A stretch of DNA of 64,000 bases from contig QPMI01000370.1 of NCBI GenBank assembly GCA_004431415.1, forward strand, positions 925-64,924. The letters run 5' to 3'. Below are positions 23,401-32,400 of the stretch, in pieces (within the stretch, counting starts at the first letter, position 1; each line of letters begins with the position of its first letter). The position numbers and the translations under genes are program-made. Under the pieces are notes generated by a model, which saw only the letters and a list, made by a program, of their open reading frames with translations, was not told where the DNA came from and searched no databases. This DNA comes from Cyanophora paradoxa CCMP329 (taxonomy: Eukaryota; Plantae; Glaucophyta).

Positions 23401-26400
23401 GGATATCGATGATTATATCATGTATAAAATATTGCGGCTGAGCATGATTCTATGCACCAGTTGTCGCGCTCGGAGGGGGCGGTGTCCGCGGAGGCCACGA
23501 CTGCGCTGGCGAGCGAGCGGGGCTTCGACCTCGAATTCTGCGGCAGCTCCAGCAGCGCGCGGCTGCGCCGAGCGGCCGTAGAGTCGTCTCCGCAAGGAAA
23601 GAACTCGCGTTTCATAGAGCCCGTGTTCGATGCAGAGCAGGTGATATCGCTATATATGATTTGAGGGCTGCCGGAGACCGTATATCCTTCCGGAGGCCGA
23701 GGAAATGACGTGCTCTGCTCCATATAAACGCACATGGTCCGCTGAAGAGCGTCTCCGGATCCCGCATTGTCCCGTAGGGGCAGTTTTGCGCACGTCGCAG
23801 AGGTGATTTTGCACGGCTTGTTAAGATCGTCGAACCAGTTGGAGCTGTCCGCCGTACATCCACCCGTCGAACACTTGCCAGGCGCGCTACAAACACCCCC
23901 TGAGAGAGAACAATCGACCGCCTTCATGCACTGGTAGGCATACTGGTAGCTCGGTGAAGTTAAAACCGTGCACGCAGTTTTGCAGCAGCAGAATGCGGAG
24001 CAGCCGCCGCACTGGGATGCGGCAATTCGGGTCCCACCTCGCTCTGCACACTTCGCCCAGCTGCTGCAAATCTTGTGGGTGATGGGGATGTAGGTGTTGG
24101 TGGCGGTGGTGAAGCTGCAGCAGATGGAGTCGCAGGATCCCGATGAAGAAGAGGCGAGCGGTGTCGGAGCCGGCGTCGACACCAAGCTCCCAGTGCACGA
24201 GCTGCAGTAAAAGCTGTAGCTCGGATATGAAGAGTCGGTGATGATATAATCTGCTGGGCAGGTATTTGTGTAACAAGACGGCGTCGAGCCGGAAGCGGAA
24301 CTCCTGCAGCACACCATGCCGGATCCGCCTCCAGACGGAGGGGCATAGCCAGACAAGCCACAAGTCGACGAAGTGCAAATAGATGATTCGGAGTATGGCC
24401 GCACAACGTACGTTGAGCTCCCCGTGTTCATCGCGCTGCACTCCGGAACAGTCTTGCACTCGTAGCCCGAGTATGTGTATGTGGTTATCACTTCAGTGCC
24501 GGACTGGATAGAGCCGGACTGGGTGGCCCGGGCGCAACAGGCCCGCGGCCCGCCGTTCTCAGAAAGGCTGCAGTCCTTGTCGAAGCTCGTGGACGGGTCC
24601 TGATACGCGGGACCGTAACCGCAGACGTCATCCCCGCCGCAGAAGATCGAGTGCGCCTCCGTGCCAGCGACAGCCGCGCAGCGCGATTTGAACACGCACT
24701 TGTAGTAGGTCCCGTCGAGGTCGCCCCAGGGGCCGAGGCAGCACACGCTCGGGGACGTGGGGTGCAAGGGGCCCGTGCAGCCGGCGCATTCGGCAATGTC
24801 GCCTACCATGTTGAGCGGGGAGGTCGGGCACTTGGCTTTCGCCATGCAGATGGGAGGCGAGTAGGGGCTGTACTTGCAGCAGACGTGGGTGGAAGCTTCG
24901 ACGGCCGCAGCCTCCATCGAAGCCAGGTCCAGCGCGCCACGGTACCCGGCGAGCGTCGTCGCCGTTGTGGAAGGGGCCAGACCTCCGCAGGCACCGAAGC
25001 CGAACGCCGTACCGATGCAACCAGCTGTCCACACGAGTCAGGCGATTTCGCCGCCGCGAATCGAAATCAAAGCCCCTCGACGCGCACCGTAGGAGTAGAA
25101 CCCGGTGGAGTTGGTGAAGTAGTCAGAGGCGCTCGAGTTGGCGGGTGGCACGGCACTCTCGTTCGCGCGCAGCGGCAGCGCGGCCGCCGTGCGCTCCGCA
25201 ACGATGTCGGCATAGCGGAGGGCGGCGTAGTCCAGGTCAGAGCGACCCGTGTACAGCATGCGGACGGTGGCCGCGTCCGACGCCGCGAGGAGAGACTGCA
25301 GCGTCGGGGAATTCGCGGGGTCGAGGCCGCGCAGACGGGCGGCGAGCTCGAGCACGGCGATGGAGGGCAGGTCGGAGGGGGAGGCGGGCTTGGGGCAGCC
25401 GGCGGGCGAGTGGAGGCACGCGGGCTTGGGCATGGACGAGTGGAAGACGGCCATCCCGCGGGCGGGGAAGGCGAAGTACTGCGCGTCGATCGTGTCCACG
25501 TAGCCGCCTGCAAGCGGCGCACCGGTACTGCATAAGATCCATAGAATGATGTTGAAATATATATAATCAATGCTCGCCCGGAGGGATCTGCTTGCTCTCG
25601 TACTCGGTCACGTAGTCCTCCTCGATCGAGCAGCCGATCGCGTCCAGCTTCATGTGGTAGAGCACCTACGAAGAAATTTCTAGATCAGAAAAGCACAGAA
25701 AGCGGAATAGTTGTTATACGAGGAACGTAGTATAACGTACTTCGGACAGCGTGAATAATGTATATTGTTACATAAATTTCGCACTCTTTGTTGCTTCGCA
25801 ACAAGTACTTCTTGGGTACTTGTTGCACCTGCAACAAGTCCTACGAGCTTCCTAAGAGCTGCAGCAGTGAGCTATCGCTGCAGCTGCTGCAGCTTCTCTT
25901 CAGAGTTGCTTGATAGCAGCTTCGCTTCTTGCTCCCATGGCAGCCCTAGCGCGCCCCCGCGGGCGCCTCCAGCTCTCCCGTTTCGTCCTAATTGTGTGTA
26001 TCCTTGCGCTCCTCGTTTGCCCGGTCGCAAATGGCGCCCGGGGTGCGAAGAGAGCCAAAACCGCGACTCCCTCTCCCAATCCGCCCGATCCGACTGTGGC
26101 GCCCTCTGCTGGCCCCAGTAGCCCACCCCCTGTTCCTCCAACGCCCACCCCTGAGGCGCCGGCCCCGGAGCCCGGCCCGCCAGTTATCACTCCTTCAGGC
26201 TCGAATATTTGCATCGGAACGCATGGCCCAACAGTGCCAACCCCATCCCAGCAGATTGCAGACCAAACCGTAGAGGCGTTCAATCAGCGTTTCGCAGCCA
26301 TTGAACATTACCTCGGCGAAGTGATTGCAGCTCGTACCATAGGTACTGCCACCGCCAATCCAGCCCCGATTCCAACTCCGCCCATTTCGTCGGTCCCACT

Positions 26401-29400
26401 TGTCGATTTGACATCGAACAATGGCGGTGAAGGATCATCTTCGGGCAACACTGCGCGTGAGCGTGCTGCACGTACACGTGAGCCCCTTACTGAGCGCGAA
26501 CGCCAACGTCTCCACTATAATATTACCCGTTGGAATAACCCTCTAAACAAAGAATTTGCTTTGGACACTCTCGATAATATAGCGTTAGCCGAGGCCCGTG
26601 ATTATTCTGCTCTTTATATCGCACTTAGAGACCAACTCAAAAAGATCCAACGCATCAATCAGCTAGGCCTTGATCGTGCTCTTAGACTGCAAAATGTAAA
26701 CCAGGCTACTGATGATTTTCAGGAGCGCCAACTTTTGTTAACTGAACAAATGTATCAGCAGCAGTTGCAGCAGTTTACGCAGAATACTGTCACAGGCATG
26801 CCGTATGGTCGCTCACAGAATTTCGCTGCTCGCCCTCCCGGCCCTCGTCTGGCGGCCTCTGGCCCTACTCGCCCACGGGCTTGCTATCATTGTCATGATC
26901 CATCCCATATGCGTAATGTCTGTCCTGCTTTCCGTGCAGCTTGCCAGAACTGCCCTCCTGGCACTCGCCCGACTCCTCTGCCGACTCCAAACTCGTAAAT
27001 TTATTTCTTTTCACATCGATCCATCAGAATATCGATATTCATGAGTTTTTCGCTACTTATGTACGAGCAGTGTTTTGACGCATGAGAGCATATCTTGATA
27101 GCAGAACCTGTGAACGTACTTGTGTTTTCTTGTGAGTAATTGATGATGGATTCGAAAGTCGCTGCAATTTCTTGATGCCCCAAAATCGCCACTGGCGTGC
27201 ATATGCATGGATGCAATTCGCGAAATCGCCTTTTTATGGCGTACATATTCATACATGTCGCAGCTCTGCCCTTTGTGGCATCTGCATGTCTTGTTTTTTG
27301 CTTTGAAAATCGCCTATGGCGTGCACTTACATCGACATTTATTGATTGCAAATTGTCAGGACAGCTCTGCCCTCGCGTGGCATCTGTTGCTGTATTTCTT
27401 TTCAGTGCACGGCACTAGTGCATACTCCCTCGCCGGAGATGGAGATTCGGTCGCCATTTTTCTTTCCCTTGTGCAGTTCAAGCATCTGGAGTTCAGGCAC
27501 GCCTCCCCCCATAAATCGCTCCTTGCACTGACTGGCGACCGAACGCATCGATGGCATTATACATACGCATTTTACATATATGTGTGCTTCTGTGTGCCGT
27601 TAGAGGCCTTGCACTCGTCTGCAGGCTCTCGGCCTTCGCTCTTTTGCTCTTCATGGCAATTGTACAAGTAGTACCTCAATTGCAATATACGAAATGAGCG
27701 CTGTCCGAATAGTTGTTATACGAGGAACGTAGTATAACGTACTTCGGACAGCGTGAATAATGTATATTGTTACATAAATTTCGCACTCTTTGTTGCTTCG
27801 CAACAAGTACTTCTTGGGTACTTGTTGCACCTGCAACAAGTCCTACGAGCTTCCTAAGAGCTGCAGCAGTGAGCTATCGCTGCAGCTGCTGCAGCTTCTC
27901 TTCAGAGTTGCTTGATAGCAGCTTCGCTTCTTGCTCCCACCCAACCCTCCCTAAATATATGGATGCTGTTCTGCTGTCTATATAATTCCCTCCCTTGCGT
28001 GCGGCCTCGAGCCTGCATTCTCGTGCACTATTAATTGAGTGCTGTTGTTTTTTCTGTCAGGTTTTACTGCTCGCTGTCTCGGAAGTGCGGATGCCTTGGC
28101 GGCATGGCGTGCAATCGGAACAAGTGATTACATCCTTTCATGGCTTCAGAACGGCTACCCTCTTGCTGGCGTCGAGCATATGCCTCCTAGTGTACATTAC
28201 AATGCTGGTCAATCTCAGCGCCCTCGTGAGAGTACTTTCATTCGGGCAGAAATTCAGAAGCTGCTCGGTACCGGCGCTATTCGGGTGGCCCCCAAGCCCC
28301 GAAAATTGTTTGCTCGCTATTTACGGTTCCAAAGAAGACTGGTGATAAGCTCAGACTGATTTGGGATGGCCGCCCAACAAATCGAGGTCTTCCTCCTGTC
28401 CCTTTTCGCTATGAAAATATGCGCGAGGTCATCGCCTTGCTGCGACCTGGCTGGTTTATGTTTACTATCGACCTCGAGTCGGGATATCATCATGTACCGG
28501 TAGACCCGCAATATTTCTCGTACCTGGGCTTCCAGTACGATAGTACTTTCTTCGAATACACCGTTTTACCCTTCGGGCTCTCACATGCCCCATATGCATT
28601 CACCAAGATCATACGTCAGGTCATTAAATTTCTCCGCGCACACGGTATTACCGTGGTATCGTATGTAGATGATTTCTGGTTTGCGGCTCCCACGTACCAG
28701 GCCGCTGTTAATCTTCGCAATTTCATTCTCGATCTTTTTCGCCACCTGCACTTATTCATTAATGAGAAATCGGCCCTTGAGCCTGCACAGCGTGTCGAAT
28801 TTTTAGGGTTTATTGTAGATTCCACATCTATGATGTTTGAGGTCCCTCTGCAGAAGCTTAGTAAGCTTCAGGACCGGCTAAAGGACGCAGCTAAGCGCAT
28901 CCAGTCGTGCCAGGCTAGAGGCGTGCAATTTCAGATGTCAGCTCGTACACTCGCTTCGATTGTCGGTGTGCTTATGTCAATGGCCTTAGCTATTGCACCC
29001 GCTCGCATTCATACTCGATCCATTTATCGCAACATTGATATTACCCAGCGACAATTTCGGTGGAATGCCCCGGCGGTGGTATCGCCGGAGGCCCAGGAGG
29101 AGCTTCTGTGGTGGCATGCAAATCTCGCCCGCTATAATGGGCGGTGTGCCATCCGGCCAGAGCGAATTTTCGTTGTTACGACGGATGCCAGCAAGATCGG
29201 TCTTGGTGGTTTTGTCACCACCGAGGTTGGCGATCTCTCATTCCAACAACAGTGGACTCCTGCAGAGTCGGCCCAGACGCCTGCATGGCGTGAGATGACC
29301 GCCATTATTCGTGCTCTGCATCATTTCAGTCCTTACCTGCAGCACGTTAATTTACTAGTTCGCTCAGATAACACAAATGCAGTGCAGTACATTCTTAATG

Positions 29401-32400
29401 GTGGCGGTCGTAGCCCCGAGCTTACATTAATCGCCAAGGAAATTTGGAATTTCGCCTTGCAAAATTGTGCCTTCATGGATGCTGAGTGGATACCTGGAGA
29501 AACCAATAATTTCGCCGATTATCTTAGTCGCTGGTTTGCCCCTGCTGACTATCAGCTTTCCGATGCTGTTTTCCGTCGCATTGTTAACAGATATGGCTTG
29601 CCTGATGTCGATCGAATGGCATTAGCTTCCTCTGCACGTGTCCCTCGCTATAATAGCATTGATCCTTTTGACCGCCTTGCAGAGGCAGTAGACTGCTTCA
29701 CTGTTGATTGGTCTCGTGATTTTAATTATGTTTTCCCCGACCCTGCAGTCCTACTGCGGGTGGTTCGTCATGCTCAAGCTTGTCGAGCTCGGATGATTGT
29801 TGTAGTACCCGAATGGCCCTCACAGCCATGGTGGCCTATCTTGCAGGCTGCAGCTGTGGAGCCCCCTCTGCATCTTGGTCGGGGTCACACAGTATGCCTT
29901 TTCGGTCCAACTCGTGCTGCTCTTCCTGAGTGGCTGCTCCTCGCTTTTCTAGTTCAGTTTTAGCTGCACCCAATTGCAAACTAGTGTCAAATAATTATAA
30001 ATGCAATCGAGCGCACACCCTCATGCTTCTAACCATACCCTGCAGTGGATGCAGCTCGTTGGGCCCACATCTGTGCTCGCATTACGTTCTACGCAAACCA
30101 GCATCTTGCCTCATCCACGCGAGATGCATATGCAATGTGGGTTGGCCGTTTTCGGCAGTTCTGCATTCAGCTGGGTGTTCTACCTTTTCCCGTCGATGCT
30201 GAGGTTCTAGCCGGTTTTTTGTGCGATATTGCTGACGATGACTACGTCTTCTCAACTATAAATGTAGCTTTTTCTGCAGTTCGTAATGAGTGTGAGACCT
30301 TGCGCTTTGATACCTCAGTTTTCAGCTCAGTGCTTATTCAGCACGTCCTCACGGGCTTGCGCCGAGTCCTAGGCGATGGCCCCACTCGCCCAGCGGCCGT
30401 CCTTTCGGTCGAACATATTCGCCGGCTAGCGGTAGCTTCCGATCGTGTTCCATCACAGACCCATCGTCGCTCTATTGCTATGATCACCGTCGGTTTCTTT
30501 GGCCTCCTCCGTCGCTCTGAGATTGTGCAAATTCGGCGGTCTCATTTATCTTTCCGCCCAGATGGCATGGTCCTCCGCGTCCCTCGCTCTAAAACAGATC
30601 AGACTCGGATTGGTCACGAGCTTTTTATTTCGGCTCTGCACTTCATGGCAATTGTACAAGTAGTACCTCAATTGCAATATACGAAATGAGCGCTGTCCGA
30701 AGCGGAGCGAGGAGCTCGAGGGGCCGACCTTGCGCTGGTACGTCTCCCAGCTGTTGAAGTTGGCGCCGCGGGGCGGCGGGTCGAGCGGCGAGACGGAGAA
30801 GATCGTCGACGAGTCGATGTAGCGGAGTAGATCTGGCCGTCAATGAGAGTCTTGAAGCGTTATGAGAGCTCACTGAATCGATAAATTAAAATAAATTAAA
30901 TTAAAGCCCGCACCAGAGTGGAGAACAAGGGGGTACCACCCGTAGCGGCTCTGCCGATAAAGAGTTATTTCTCGAACTGCCTGCCATCAAAATCGAATTG
31001 AGCTCACCTTCGTCGGGTTGGAAAAGAAGTGCATGAAGTACATGTTCCCGAAAAGCGCAGCGGCGCCGACATTGCGGACCTTCGTGCTTTGAGAGCCGGT
31101 GGACGGAGATCGCGAGGGGAGCGGGAGCGGGTCACCTGCCCGGTGAAGGCGCGGGCCTGCTGGACGATGCGCTGCGCCTGCTGCCGGGCCGCCTCGGGCT
31201 CGTAGCCGAAGCGGCCGTCGGCGCCCCGGACGAGGCCGTGCACGGCGGGGTCCAGCAGCAGGTCGGCGAAGCCCATCGCCATGCCCATCGTCTCCGTCCG
31301 CAGCGCCTCCGTCGAGTTGTCCAGCCGCGCCGCGATGGACGCCAGGCCCGCCTGGCCCCGCTCGCGCAGCGCGACGGAGACGCCGCGGCCGGCCCTGACG
31401 CGCTCGAAATTGTCCGCGATGTGGCTCGGGAGGCCCGTCGTGAGGTTCTTCTGGCGCAGGCCCTCGACGCCCGTGACGAGGCGGACCTGCTCCGTCACGT
31501 TCGCGAGGAGGTCCGCGTGCCCCGCGAGCTGCACCGTCTCCTCCGGGCCCACCGGCCCGGGGTACGCGATCCGGCTGGTGAAGCCTGCGGCGCGTCGGAC
31601 GTAGCGGCGCGCGCGACCGCGGGCGGCGGGCCGCGGGCGCACCGATGCCGGAGATGATGCGCACGTCGGGCGGCGCGGGCAGCCCGAGCTCCTCCATCCT
31701 GCGAGCGGCACTCGACGAAAGCACTGCGGCCGGCCGAGGGAGGGCGCGCCGAAGCCGCGCACCAGTGGAAGCTGACGGGGCGGAGGGTGTCCAGGTCGAT
31801 CTCGCTGCGAGGAAAATTAAAGGAGATCAGCTGCCAGAGACCGGCTGCCGCAGTGCAGAAGGGAGCCTCGGAGAAGGCAGCGGGACGGAGGGAGGAGGCA
31901 GGGAGGCTTGATGGAGGGTGGAAGGGGGGGTTGGGGGGGGGGAGGCTGGCGTCGACGCGGGTACGGGGCGTGTACGAGCCAGAGATCAAGGGGGGAATGG
32001 GGGGTACCGTGAGGGAATGCAAGGGAATGGGGGTGCGGGACTGGAGGGGTCGGGGAGGGTGTGGGGGTACAGGACGGGAGGAGTGTATCGGTGGGGACGA
32101 GAGATCAAGGATTAGAGGGGTGGAAGAGAGATACTGGGCGGAGGGGAGGGCGGGGGGTGGGGGTGGGGGGGGGGGGAATGGGGAGGAGGGAGATGGAAGC
32201 ATGGGCATGCGGGAAGGATCCGGAGGGTGCAGGGAGCTGGGAACGGGGGACGGAGCGAGAAGGTGGGTATATGACATGATGGGGGTGCAGAACATGAATG
32301 GGGTACGGGCCAGGAGGGGATGTAGGGGAATAAAAGTGCGGGATCGGAGAGGTCGGGGTGGGGGTGGGGGGTGGGGGAGTCGGGGCTGGGGGGTGGGGGT

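Larger units (their letters stand above)
25705..30701 (+). mobile_element. DIRS-order tyrosine-recombinase retrotransposon with split direct repeats (A-gag-BA-pol-YR-B), inserted antisense in a host intron
   Basis: Carries Gag with a CCHC knuckle, RT/RNaseH/methyltransferase-like and YR ORFs. Repeat A is at 25705-25937 and 27707-27939; repeat B is at 27649-27709 and 30641-30701. GAA is shared at both ends and the internal junction. Removing the element restores a 69-nt GT-AG intron. Confidence 0.93.

Noticed and set aside
25765-25880. HKFR...Y in repeat A spaced like the missing YR HxxR...Y, which could suggest completion of YR on the circle
   Set aside because: There is no GxW or other box II similarity, YR stops inside B, and the region is better explained by RNA/DNA structure.
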